Below, in pieces: positions 16,334-30,293 of a DNA stretch of 64,000 nucleotides (the stretch's first letter is position 1; every line of letters starts with the position of its first letter). Under the pieces are notes generated by a model, which worked only from the letters and a program-made list of their open reading frames with translations, was not told the origin of the DNA and searched no databases. Position numbers and translations under genes: made by a program. Source of the stretch: the human T2T-CHM13v2.0 reference genome, Homo sapiens; NCBI RefSeq assembly GCF_009914755.1, contig NC_060925.1; one strand, 5' to 3'.

Positions 16334-17946
16334 GCACAAAGATGTTTAAAATTGTTTATCAGAAGGCCCTGTACCTGGACTGCTATAAATTAACCAAGTT
16401 TCCAGAACTTAGATATTCTACCTCTAAAGATTACAATGACTTTTTCTGGCCCAGCTTCTTCTTAATGGGTTTTGTTTGATTGTTTTGGCTATTTAGATTT
16501 AGAAATGGGATGTATAATATATTTGCAAAAAATTGCAACTTAGTGCTTTAGGCAAGATGCAAAGGAATATCTATCATTAGCCATAATAAGTGTGGAATCA
16601 GAATTTAGAGACTTGATTTATTCCTCTTACATTTGATTTGCTTCTCTTACAAAAGGTTTTTCAACTAAGGCAGTGTGGTGTAGGGTATATTTTTCTTTTT
16701 TCTCTCTTTTCAATTGCTGCTTTTCCAATGTATAATACAAATTTTAAAATATTATCATGTAATGACATGAATGACAGTATCATCCATTGGACTGAACACC
16801 CGAATAGTATAGAGGTAATCTTGGAATGAATAATCCTCTGGAATAGGGATAATCTCCTGGTATAGGGGTAGTCTTGCCAAAGAGATAATAACATCGGTAT
16901 CTGCTTAGCCATAACTCTTTATTGGATGATGCTTGAATGGACACTGCCATCAACTCTCTTAGGTGTTTCCTCTTTCCTTGCTTTCAGCTAAGGTTAATCT
17001 ACTCTTTTTCTAAACAGAGTAGTAAGCAAATGATTTAAATATGTCACATTCTGATCCTGTGTTAATGAAATTATTCCCAGTGCCTTAATTGGGCTATATC
17101 CCAGTCTTCTCCTTTTAACTATTCTAGTTTACTTCTGCAGAAAGATAATCACATCTATTAGATATAGATATTACAAGTCAAAGTCTCAGAAGGAAGGCCC
17201 TTTTCCCTTTTTAGATAGTGGGGCACGTTCTGAAACAACAAGTATCTACTGGTTCCTTGCTATGTGCCCAGCACCATGATTGACCTGGACTCAAGGGTAA
17301 GCAAGATCTGAGCCCTGCCCTGAGGGACTTACACTCTAGTTGGAGGACAGTCACCATACACAACTGCCTTAGAACCTGGTAGGTTTAGGTACTTTATTTG
17401 AAATAGATACATAGTGTTATAAGGGTCCAGCAAGAGGAAATGTTACTTTTTTCTGGAGGAATTTGAGAAAATATCAGAAACATGGTGCAGAGTATCTTCT
17501 GTGATGTATATAATCTTTTCCTTTTCAGCATGTCTCAACTGCATTCCCAATCTAATACAAATTTTACAATATGACTGTCTTGTCATTGGACAGAAAAGAC
17601 AGTATCATCAATGGGCTGAACAGAACAGAAATTACATGAGCAGATATCTCGATTAACTGTTATAACTTATCAAAATGAACCACTTACGTCTCCTTAGCAA
17701 GGTTTTTTGTACTGACAAAATATGAAGTATAAGATTAAGTGCACAGCTCACCTTCATCGGGGAGCTCTACTTTGCGACCTGGGATTTTCCTGGCAATGAC
17801 ATTCATTAAATTTGGTTAATTTTCCCACTTTCCAGTGGTACATCAGTTAGCAAATTTGAAGAGCTTGTTACTGATCTTAGTATCTAAGCTATAGGTGACT
17901 ATAGTAAATCACTTGCTCCAATATGGTCTTCTTTCTTCCTTTAAAG

Positions 17947-18022
17947 GCCCAACATGCAGCAGAAATAGGAGCTGATGGCATCGCTGTCATTGCACCGTTC
18001 TTCCTCAAGCCATGGACCAAAG
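17947..18022 (+). CDS. NPL: NPL coding exon 5 ([25 protein letters not shown])
   Basis: pyrimidine tract + aaag|GCC and G|gtaagt; 76 nt; GAD motif typical of DapA/NAL family. Confidence 0.97.
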
Positions 18023-18755
18023 GTAAGTAGATAGGTCTGAATGCATGGCATCTCACATGGTCCACTTCTTCTTGCCTCCATTCAAAATGGTTATATTTAA
18101 TTTGTGAAAGTAAAGCACTATAGATTGGAGGCTTGAAGTCGCAATGGTACAGTGGTTCTCTGAAATATTTGCTCTCCCTGGATCCATAAAAGAGACTGCA
18201 TTAAAGTACTTCAGTTCTTTTGCCCAGTAATTGATCTGATTGGGTCATCCACTGAGCCTGGTTGATCTGTAGATGCCTGTTTGGGTCAAGTGTCTGCTCC
18301 TAGACCAGTGAGTTGCATAGGGTGTCAGTCACATGGCAAAGCATGGGACCATTTTTCTTAGAAGAATATAAGTGATGGGCATTTTGAGACTACACATCCT
18401 ATTCAAGGTTGAGTGAATGATGAATTTTAAGAGATTTCACAGAAATATTCATTGCCTTCTAGAATACCAAAGTATTGCTTTCTCTTTCTCTACTGTCTTC
18501 TCTGCAGAAACTATTTATGGTGTCTAAGTATACCAAGTCTTTTTAATCCTTTTTGATTAGCAAAAAAAGAAGTATAAATTTTAGAAGGATAAAAACAGAC
18601 ATTATTTGCCTACATGATTAAATAAATCCGTAATTAAATGCAGAATAGGTCTAAATCATCATGAAATATCAGCTATTATTGATACATAGAAAATAGTTCA
18701 TTTAGGTAAGCAATTTAATATTTATAAATTGCGAGTTTAAAATGAACATTTTTAA

Positions 18756-19066
<311 letters not shown>

Positions 19067-19877
19067 CAACATTTAAAAATTTTTTCACATGGCTTTACAA
19101 ATTTTTACGTGAATATGTTTCCTAAAAGGAAAAATAATGAATATATGCATAATAATTTGTCAGAAATATTATCATAGACTTGAATACACATCGTAACAGT
19201 ATTAAGTACATAAAATTCTCCTATTACCCAGTGGCATCCAAAGCAGGAGGAGTGCTGCTGGACCTATCATCTGCAGTAGTGTTGCAGGCGAAGCTCACAT
19301 GAGATGATGCAGGAAACCCCACTTACTCAGCAAACCAGAGTGTGCTCTCTTTTGATGTATCTGGATTTCTCCCCAAAGGGAAAAGTACCAAATTTTGCTG
19401 GAATTCTTGCAAAATGTGCCACTACTGCTATAATTTCCCTCTTGAAGCAGATATTGTTTATCTTTTTGTTACAGGATTTTCTCAATTAAAATCTTATTAT
19501 TATCCTATAGTAGTCTCTGTTGTTTACTGTTCACACTTAGCCTTTTTGGGGTAAGACGACAAGAGTCTCACATGATGGACTTGTTTTTCATGATCATCTC
19601 TTAATATATGGGAAGGTTTTCATCAATTTTTTAATAGAGTTTAGTATGGTAGGAGAATAATCGTCTTACTTTGGGCTTTCTACAGAAAGGAAAATAAAAC
19701 TTGAAGGAAGTGAGTTGCAAAAACATTGCAGTAGCAGTAGCAGGGATAGTAAAAGTGGTTGAGAATTTGAGGCTTCTGAGAAACATGGTTGTGTTTCATC
19801 AGATGATTCTCTTTTTTACCAGGAAAGCCACTGTTTTACACCTGTTCACACCATGACTGTTCCTACTGTTCTTTCAG

Positions 19878-19970
19878 ATATCCTGATTAATTTCCTAAAG
19901 GAAGTGGCTGCTGCCGCCCCTGCCCTGCCATTTTATTACTATCACATTCCTGCCTTGACAGGGGTAAAGA
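19878..19970 (+). CDS. NPL: NPL coding exon 6 ([31 protein letters not shown])
   Basis: tttcag|AT and A|gtaagt; 93 nt; YYYHIP contains the family's catalytic Tyr (Y143 by my count, assuming 68 coding nt upstream of the window). Confidence 0.97.
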
Positions 19971-20511
19971 GTAAGTACTGCTTCTGTTGATCTTTCTTTC
20001 CTTCCAACTCTCACATCTTACCCTATTATGCTAAGAAACTCCACTCCATCCCACCCTACCCCATGCCCCAAAAGCACACCACCACTGACTGGGCAGTTCC
20101 AGTTGTTTCTAAATGTCACTCTAAAGTCCCAGCCCTTATCAATCATTCACACTGCCGTATAATGGAAGTTGTTAGGTATGAAAGGAAATTTGATCTCTGG
20201 GCACTTGTAGCACATACCTTTCATCTCTATCACACACACACCCCTTCTTCTTATTGAGAAGACATGAGTCTGTAAGCCTCACTAGGACAGGAGTGTATCT
20301 ACCTTGAACCTGTTGTATTCTTAGTGCCTGTAGCACATAGGAAAGTCCTCTGATCTCTTCTGACTTCTCTTCTAGCTTTTCTTTTATTATTACTGTATTT
20401 CTCCGAGAGAAGAGTTTTACAATTAGCTGAAATTTCTTAGATTATTTTTAAAATCCCACTCTTTTCTAAATTCCATAAGAGGAAAAATGGAGGCTGTACT
20501 TTATAAACATT

Positions 20512-21488
20512 CTGAGGAAAAAAACGAAACAAAACTGCTTTTCCTATTCTCTACTCTCATACTTAGCAAACTCAACGCAAAACATTTTACCTCTGGCCAC
20601 CAAAATGTGTGTGGGCATTTCTCCCCACCAACAACCAATTCTTCATCAGAGACGAACTGGGTGTCCTCTAATTGGATTCAGTTCTGACACTGTCTACTGG
20701 AGTTAGCACTGGATCCCACAGGTTAAGGGCTTAGTCCCACAGGACTGCCCCCACTTCAGTGCCAGTCTCAAGTCCCAGGTTGTGGCCTGTACTTCCCACC
20801 AGCTGGCTATAAATCAGGGTTCCAATTACCTCCTCCTTGGGTTCAATTAATGTGCTACAGCAGTTTACAGAACTCAAACACTTTACTTACTATTGCCCAT
20901 TTGTTACAAAGGAAACAGATAAACAACCAGAGAAGAAGAGATGCATAGGGTAAGATATGTGAGAAGGGGCATGGAGTTTCACGCCCTCTCTGAACAAGCC
21001 ATCCTCCAGGCACCTTCACGTATTCAGCAACCCAGAAGCCCTGTCCTTTTAAGTTTCTATGGAGACTTCATTATATAGGCATGATTGAGTACCTCATTGG
21101 CCATGGGTGATCAGCTCAATCTTTAGCCCGGCTTTCCTCCCCAGAGGCCAAGGGTGTGACTGAAAGTTCCACCCCTCTAAGTACATGGTTGGTTCCCCTG
21201 GCAACCAGCCCTCATCCTGAGGCAATCTAGGTGATCTAGCCATCAGTGAACTTCATAGCATACAGAAATATACATATCACTTTGAAGATTCCAAGGGATT
21301 TAGGAGATTTGTGTCAGATGCTTCTATCTCTCAGGAAATTACAAAGGTCTTGGGAGCTCTGTGTCAGGAATCAGGGTCAAAGACCAAGTATTAGAATAAA
21401 ATATTCTCCTAGCACCCCTGTCTACAAGGTTTTGGGTACTTTGTCTCAGGAACCAGGGACTGAGACCAAATATATATTTACACTTCAC
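20512..21488 (-). mobile_element. MER21-family ERV solo LTR
   Basis: Resembles remembered MER21 consensus; homologous to the element at 48586 (ctgacact...cctggag...agtcccaca..actgcccc; cagaactca). Confidence 0.75.
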
Positions 21489-21704
21489 AAATATCCATCT
21501 ACTGCCTTCAAGGAATGGGAAGTTTAGCATTATAATTGGACAAGCACATAGGAGCTGCTAGTCAGGGACCAGTGATTATGCCTAGTCTGCAGTCAGTTCT
21601 GGCTGACAGCAGCGTGTGGCAGCTCACTGCAGATGCATGACACTATATGAGATGTTATTTCCTAGAGATGTGCAGATTAATGAGGCACTTATTATTTTGA
21701 GCAG

Positions 21705-21853
21705 TTCGTGCTGAGGAGTTGTTGGATGGGATTCTGGATAAGATCCCCACCTTCCAAGGGCTGAAATTCAGTGATACAGATCTCTTAGACTTCGGGCAAT
21801 GTGTTGATCAGAATCGCCAGCAACAGTTTGCTTTCCTTTTTGGGGTGGATGAG
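21705..21853 (+). CDS. NPL: NPL coding exon 7 (IRAEELLDG...GLKFSD...FLFGVDE)
   Basis: gcag|TT and GAG|gtaagt; 149 nt; GLKFSD carries the Schiff-base Lys (K173 by my count). Confidence 0.97.
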
Positions 21854-21976
21854 GTAAGTCACCCCCTAGCATGTTGCAGCAGGTCAGTTCCCTCCAAAAC
21901 AATTTGTGTAGCTATATAGTAGCATCTCTTCTCTTTCTCTTTTTTATACAAGTGAATATTTTTTGTTTCTGATTAG

Positions 21977-22023
21977 CAACTGTTGAGTGCTCTGGTGATG
22001 GGAGCAACTGGAGCAGTGGGCAG
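21977..22023 (+). CDS. NPL: NPL coding exon 8 (QLLSALVMGATGAVG)
   Basis: attag|CAA and AG|gtaagc; 47 nt; follows a 123-nt intron. Confidence 0.96.
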
Positions 22024-22201
22024 GTAAGCATGACTCATTTTTCCCAGTGGTTATAAAGTCCCCCATAAAGGCATTCATCACCAAAGTAGCTGTATTTCTT
22101 GCATGTGTATCCTTTCTAATAGAAGTTTCCTTTCTTTTCCACATTCTTCCAGTGAAAGGGAATTAAATACTGCTTAGCTGTTTGTTAGAAATTCAGTCAT
22201 T

Positions 22202-22815
<614 letters not shown>

Positions 22816-22970
22816 TTAGAAGCATCTGTTGCAGTTACGGGTGAGACACATGACCACATGAATTGAGCACATGCACAGGGCCTACACCTTAGCAGGAGCT
22901 GACCCTTAGTGCTATAGACTCTGGTGACCAGTGTCTCAAGGATGGACTCACACTTTGTGAGTTCTATCTT

Positions 22971-23412
22971 TGTCAGAACTTATTTGGTTACAAGTAACAG
23001 AAACCCATTTGAACTAGCTTATGTACAAGAAGATATGTTATTATAAAATACTGGGAAATCACATAGAACCTAAGAGGAGGATGTACAACCAGGCCTCAGA
23101 GAAGATGAAAGCCAAGAACTGCAGAATCTCAATAGCCAAGGCAGATTATCTTCTATATGTGGTTTTTTGGAGAGACTCACCTCCACATCTTTCTGCACAT
23201 CTCTTTATTTCTCTTCTCTCTCTCTGTATCCAGATGGGCTTTCTCTGCTTTAGCATGCACATGGCCAGTCATGGCTGCCCAAGCGTGGCATCTCGGGACA
23301 TCATTAGATAGCACTACCTAGGCAAGTGTCCATGTCAGGTCCAACCAGAAGCATGTGGCCCAATGCCTACTTAGCAAAAGACAGGCAATTCAATTAGCAT
23401 GTCCACTGCACA
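22971..23412. mobile_element. Old MaLR LTR (MLT1-like)
   Basis: ggttacaagtaacagaaaccca...aactagctta start typical of MLT1J/K-type LTRs; TG...CA ends. Confidence 0.55.
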
Positions 23413-23656
23413 TGTTAACCTGATTCATAAGAATATGCTTCCAAGCAGATTGAATGAAATTTTTGCATTAACTGAAAGGTACCAGGGGAGCAAAATAACA
23501 TTTATAACATGTCTTGGTGAGCCTGGCTGTGAGGAAGAGTGACTGAGTTGAATAATATAAATGGCTTGTTCACCAAGCCAAGATGGCCTATGACAGCCAT
23601 TGTAACTTCAGGGGTATTTCTACTGAGGAAATTTGAATGTGTATTTGTTGACCATA

Positions 23657-24044
23657 TGTATTAATTCATTCTCACATCGCTATAAAGAAATATCTGAGAA
23701 ATTTATAAGAAAAGAAGTTTAATTGGCTCACAGTTCTGCAGGCTGTACAGGAAGCATGGCAGCGTGTGCTTGGCTTCTGAAGGAAACTTTCAATCATGGC
23801 GGAAGGCTAAGCAGGCACATCTTACATGGCCAGAGCAGGAGGGAGAGGAAGTGAGGTGCCACACGCTTTTAAATAACTGGATCTCACGAGAACTCACTAT
23901 CGCGACAACAGCACAAAGGAGGATGTGTTAAACCATGAGAAACTGCCCCTGTAATCCAATCACCTCCCACCAGCCCCACCTCCAGCACTGGGGATTACAT
24001 TTCAACCTGAGATTTAGGCAGGGACATAGATCCAAACCATATCA
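23657..24044. mobile_element. MaLR LTR (MSTA/MSTB-like)
   Basis: tgtatta...aattggctcacagttctgcaggctgtacaggaagcatgg...aaaccatatca; 5-bp TSD ccata/ccatt. Confidence 0.88.
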
Positions 24045-25278
24045 CCATTAAACCTTTTTCCGCCTGGAAATTCTTTCTTTTTTGGCTCCTGCTTTTTGTC
24101 CTCCATACTAGGCATTTTAATTCTGTCAACATAATCTATAAGCAAAGTACATTTGGTTAGACTTCGTTTCTCCCTAGTTATAATCACCTTTCTGTCTAAC
24201 CAGGGATACACCTAAGACCATTGGGATTCAAATGTTAGTATTCTGAAACTCCTCAGACATTGTTCTTCCTTGCTCTATTGCCACAAGATAACATGAGCTT
24301 CACATTCCTGGAATCCCTTGCTGTTGACCCCAGTTCTATATATACAAGTCCAACAACATTTCTGTTAGTGGTACATCAAGATAAATACTTTTTCTGATAC
24401 CGACTTACTATGAGAGAAGCCATTTGAATTTAAAGAACTTGGGGAAATATCCTTATTATGAGTTTCTATAACCTTCTACCTTGCTGGTTTCTCTAAGAAT
24501 TCAGTGACTTATTTAAGATATTTATCTTTATAGGTAGAGTTGGAGAGTTTTTTAAGTCCACAAAAATATTTTGTCAGATCAAATTCTCACCTTCATTTTT
24601 GTTGAATTGTTATAGAAGACAACATGAAGCAATGGAAAGCTTTCATGGAAACCCTGAAGCCCTTCTTTAATCAAAATAAAAACCAGGCCTACCTTGCAGG
24701 GTTTTACAAGGATTAGACATGATTTATGTCAAGCACCTATAATATAATAGGCACTTAGTAAATGATCCCTCATTTTATTATCATCATTATTAATATTACT
24801 ATCTAGAAACTAGTCTTTAAGTAATATACACATTAGCAAGGAATATAGGTAATTTATTGGGATTTGCCCCTATTTTCATGGTGCTCCATCCACCCAGTTT
24901 TTCAGCATAAGGCTTTTAGGACTCACCTCAGATGCTACCTTTTATCCACAGTTCTTGTCTAGCATTGCACCTGTGTGTACCCTAGGGCAAGAGCTGGCCT
25001 CAGTCGCTTCCTAACAAATACACCTCCATCTTTTTTATCTTTTTTCTGATTTTCTTCCTTTATCCCCTTTTGCCTGTCTTCCTTCTCTGCAGTACTGCTC
25101 AGTATTGCTGGAAAACTCAGAACTGAAGACAGTCTTGTCCCCTAATAGATTAGGATTCAAAAACAGACTTTAGGAGGACTAGGTGTATTTTTTCCCTTTT
25201 AAACAGCAGAGGGATTTGAAGATCTGGACCTTTCCTGTTGAGTTATTGAACCTGCAGTATTTGTTATTGTCTTGCCAG

Positions 25279-25363
25279 TACCTATAACTACCTGGGAAAA
25301 AAGACAAACCAGATGTTGGAGGCTTTTGAACAAAAGGACTTCTCTTTAGCCCTGAACTATCAG
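25279..25363 (+). CDS. NPL: NPL coding exon 9 ([29 protein letters not shown])
   Basis: gccag|T and CAG|gtaaac; 85 nt; frame continuous. Confidence 0.96.
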
Positions 25364-26037
25364 GTAAACGTTTTCTTCTCTTCCCATAAATCACAGCCTT
25401 TTTTCTTCCCCACTTGAGGATTCTTTTTCTTCTCTCTACCATGCCTGCCCTCATTAAAATTGCCCAGCCACTTCTTTCTTTACCTTTCTTCTGTTTTGTA
25501 CTTTTTCTTGTTTAAAACCAAAGCTGTCCCCATTGTCTGTGTTCCCGACATGTCTAATCAGGACAGGACCCATACAGGGATGGCTCCTCTCTTCCTCCTA
25601 GAAAGGATCTTATTTTTACTCTATCTTCAAAGTACTTTTGTGACTATAATAAAATGGTCATAGATTTCTGGGAAAATGACCACAGGCTGTCCCCTTGAGG
25701 ACATCACATCAGAGTTATCACAGAATATGAGGAAGCTATGAAGATGGTAACCTAAAATGGGGAAGGCTTCATTCAAAGTCAGGGCAGGTCAGTCTTGTCC
25801 ACCCTGGAAATGTGCTGAGAACTAGGAACATCCACCAGGAAGGAAATAAGAGCCTAGTGGGTGATCCAAAGTAGATACAGGATTTGAGACAGGAAGGAAA
25901 AACCAGCAGAAGCTGATATGTTGCACGGAAGACCCCAGAGGACATAGTGGCTGCTGTGAATGTTCCATGGAGGACAGCCTAGCCATCAGGGAAAGAAGAG
26001 CCTCAGTGAAGGGTGGAACAGTCTCAACAACTGGTTG

Positions 26038-26198
26038 TCTTTTATTTAGAGATAGGGTCTTGCTCTGTTGCCCAGGCTGGAGTGCAGCGATGTGATCATA
26101 GCTCACTGCAGCCTTGAATCCTCCTGGGCTCAAGCAGTCCTCCCGCCTCAGCCTCCTGAGTAGCTGGGACTACAGGCATGCGCCACCATGCCCAGCTA
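26038..26198 (-). mobile_element. Alu right-arm fragment (AluJ/FRAM-like)
   Basis: Antisense single arm. Confidence 0.88.
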
Positions 26199-26970
26199 AC
26201 ATCTGGTTCTAACCCATGGTTCTAAAGTGTAAATGGAATGAATTGGAAGAAAGTAGGGTGGATATGAGAGCAAGACTTTTGGGGTCTGAGAGGCGTGAGG
26301 ATTTTCAGGATAGTATAAGTGGTTGAGAGGAGTATCCCAAGAAAATAAGTGGGAATGGAAAGACAGAAGCAAGATTGGAGCAAATGGTTGGTCCTAATAA
26401 AGCTTGGCTGTGGGATCTTTCTGAACAGGACAGGCTGCCATCAGGGTAATCAGAGATTACAGATCAGAAGTACAAAGTATCCTGGGGGTTAAAGGAAGTG
26501 ACCTGCAGCCCCAACCCAAAGACAACATGAAGAAGCAGAATCCAGAGTGGTTTATTCCCTACCCGTAGGCCTCAAAGTTGAGCCATCATAAATCTACTTC
26601 CTCCTTAAAGTTTAAATACCATATGTAATATTCGCCTTTGTCCTCAGACCAAGTGAAGCTAAGAACAGGAACAGGGTAGGGATCTAGGAAGCTGTGCCAA
26701 ATAAACTAAACATCGACAAGACTTTGGTTTAGATAAGGGTGAGAAGAATGAATTGTGCAGACTCTGCCATCTCCTTGCATTGATGGTTCTCTCCACCCTG
26801 CCCAGTTTCCTAGAAAAGGTTATTTCTGAAAATTCTAACCTGTTCTGAGCAGAACATGGAAATCATAGATGGAGTAGACTGAAGCAGCTATAATGCTGAC
26901 CCTTCCATTCAGTGACTTCTCTTATTGGTTAATCTAGTCTCCATCTTTTTTCCCCTCTTAGTCCCACTCT

Positions 26971-27094
26971 AAATAAATCATCCCATTGAAAACAATGTTG
27001 GTAAGGAACTTAGTTTACCACTCTCTGTTTCAAATAAATCATCCCATTGAAAACAATGTTGGTAAGGAACTTATTTTACCACATTCTCTGTTTC
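26971..27094. repeat. Tandem duplication, 61/63-bp unit x2
   Basis: aaataaatcatcccattgaaaacaatgttggtaaggaactta... at 26971 and 27032; first 42 nt identical. Confidence 0.95.
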
Positions 27095-27679
27095 TTCTTA
27101 AGAAAGCACGTGTGAGTGAGTCTTATTTACTCAGTACATAATTTCAGTAAAGGTGGTTTCTGCTCTTAAAGAGCTTGTAGTCAAGTGAAGAAGCAGACAA
27201 AAAGTTAGGGCTAAATTTATCTCATTCACTTTAATGTACTTAAGTGCCATCTGTTATATTTACATGAGTGAAATTACACATGTACAAAGATATTCCTTGC
27301 AGCTTTGTTTGTAACAGCAAAAGATAAAAACAGCCCAAATATTCATCCATAAGGCAATGGTTAAATACATTTTATTATGCAATTGAATTATATATAGCTC
27401 TTAAAATGAGATAGCTTTATGTATTCTGACCTGGAAAGATCTACATGCTATGTTAAATGGAAAAAAGCAGCAAAATATAAGATAGTAAATGTAATGTGCT
27501 ATATTGTTCATGGGGTAGAACATATATGTTTGTAAGTCTCTGGGTATTAAAATTTTATTCTACATTTTATTTCTAGTATACAGTCAGTTAAAACAAATAT
27601 GTTAAGCATTTTGAAAAATACTTTTAAATATAAAATGTTATTGAAAATGCATCTCTTAATAAGATGCATGAGGTTCTAA

Positions 27680-28016
<337 letters not shown>

Positions 28017-28944
28017 TCAGTTTGTCTGGAATCCGTGGATGAATATTACTTAATGCTAGGATAAGTTGAGGTTCAGCATCAATACTATTTTTGTTTTTAG
28101 AGAAGTAAGTGCTACAAAACTGTGTTCATGTAAGTTAGATAATAATGGAAGGAATTTTGTTATAGCAGTGTCACCCAGTTCTTTGAACATTTTTTGAGTC
28201 ATATGCCAAAATCACAGAATGCTTTAATGATTTTCAGCTGAAACCTGAGTAGCAGTGTAGAAAGGAAATCATTGAAAAACCTCTGATTTTTGAGAGGACT
28301 TATTACCTATTAATTAGAAGAATCACTGTCCCTCTCTTTATCAATACCAATACTGATATTTTGATTTGTATCCCAAGGCAGTGATATAGAAGGCTGTCTT
28401 TATTTTTTTTCAAAAGTAGAAAAGACTGTGCAAGGGGAAACAGAAAAGAACAACCTGCACCTCCATTTCATGCAGATTCTTATGCTGATCAATTTTAGAA
28501 AACAGCACTTATGGAAGTTGAGGATCTAGAAATTGATTCCCATAAATCTTAGCCTTAGCCATGTGCTCCTTAGGCATCCTGGAAGGTGCCCCAGAGCTTA
28601 TATGCACCTGAGTTTGAAAACCACTGCACTAGCTGATAAGTTTACCTATGTAAGCCAGATGGATAAGGGGTGTGATTCCCATCTTTACTCTCTTGTAGAA
28701 TTCCATCATTGAAGCTTCTTTTCTGCACGGGCCCATTTTGTAAAGCCTACATGTATGAAAAGATCTTACCTTAGCCTGGATGGATCCCAGCCATCTTCAC
28801 TTGGCTATTTTTCTCCACTCTGACAGACCTTCAGTAAATGAAGGTGTGCAGACTTTTTAGGGTTTCTGTAATTTGACTTCTACATTATTTACATTGTTTA
28901 CACAGTTCAATAATACTAACTATAGATATGTTGTTCTTTTCTAG

Positions 28945-28984
28945 TTTTGTATCCAGAGATTTATCAACTTTGTTGTCAAACTAG
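28945..28984 (+). CDS. NPL: NPL coding exon 10 (FCIQRFINFVVKL)
   Basis: ttttctag|TTT and G|gtaagt; 40 nt. Confidence 0.95.
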
Positions 28985-29962
28985 GTAAGTGCCACCCATC
29001 TTCTGCTTTGTCTGCTGCTGGAGACTGTAAAGAAAATGGAATACCATCACTTTCTCTGAGGGTTCAACAAGAACACTTTTTAATGGTCTGTTGCAAGCAG
29101 AGTTCTGTTTCCCTTATTAACCCTCGGGGCCAACCATATAAAACTGTGAAGTAAACCTAGTTGGAAAATCTTTGGCAACCTTCTCCATTTTAGCACATGC
29201 CTACCCCATTTTCCATTCTTTCTCTCCTAAACCATCAGCACTCCCTCCCTTTACTTGCTTCAGCTCATTAAAATTCTACTACTGCATTGAGGTTGATTTC
29301 AGCCTAAGTGCTTGGAGGAAGGCAGTCTAAATACAGATTTTACTAAATTGTGAATGACTGACAGCTCTCCCAAGAGTATTTACAATTTAAACAGAGTTTA
29401 TTAACACAAGTAAGCCTAAATGGATGGAGGTTTGGATAATATGACAAAGTAAAATTGGGGAGCAGTCGTGGGGAGAAATACAGTGAATTTGAGTAGAGAA
29501 ACCGCTCCAGAGTCTCTTAAATCTTCTATAACAAATGACAAATGCCACTATCCACTCTTCTGCAAGAGATTGGCCCTTGGGCCAATTGAATCTGCGTTAA
29601 TGCAGGAAAATTTTTAAGTTTATTTTTGGTAGACCTCCCTGCTCCCTGTCAGAGTCCTGCATAATTCTGACAACTCCTCCCTCTCCCCCAAGCACCTCTT
29701 CTGTGTTATGCCCCTCATTCTTGCAGGGTTCTCAACCCACTCTCTTACTCCTTCAAGGACGTTTCTGTTTGTTTTTCCACTTTCGTGATTTTTGCACATT
29801 TGTGTGCTGCCAGTGCTATGAACTACCTATTATTGTTCCATTTTTCTAAGCAATGGTTTCACAAAATTGTGGGTTTGGTGTGATAATTATTATGTTCCTA
29901 AAATACATTAAAATAGGTATTGAACTGTTAAAATTTTAGACAAACTAAAAGCTTGATGTGTG

Positions 29963-30293
29963 TAGTAGTCCCCCCTTATCTCAGGGGGATATGTTCCAAG
30001 ATGACCAGTGGATGCCTGAAATTGCAGATAATACGAAACCCTATATATACTATGTTTTTTCCTGTACATGCATACCTATGGTAAAGTTTAATTTATAAAT
30101 TAGGCATAGTAAGAGATAAACAGTAACTAATAATAAAATAGAACAATTATAACAATATACTGCAATAAAAGTTATATAACTATGGTCAGTCTCTCTGTCT
30201 GTCTCTCAAAATACCTTATTATTTTTGGACTGCAGTTGACCACAGGTAACTGAAACCATGGAAAGTGAAACTGCAGACAAGGGAGACCTACTG
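29963..30293. mobile_element. MER44A-like Tigger MITE
   Basis: Inverted ends agtagtccccccttatc / gacaagggagacctactg; body matches remembered MER44A. Confidence 0.85.
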
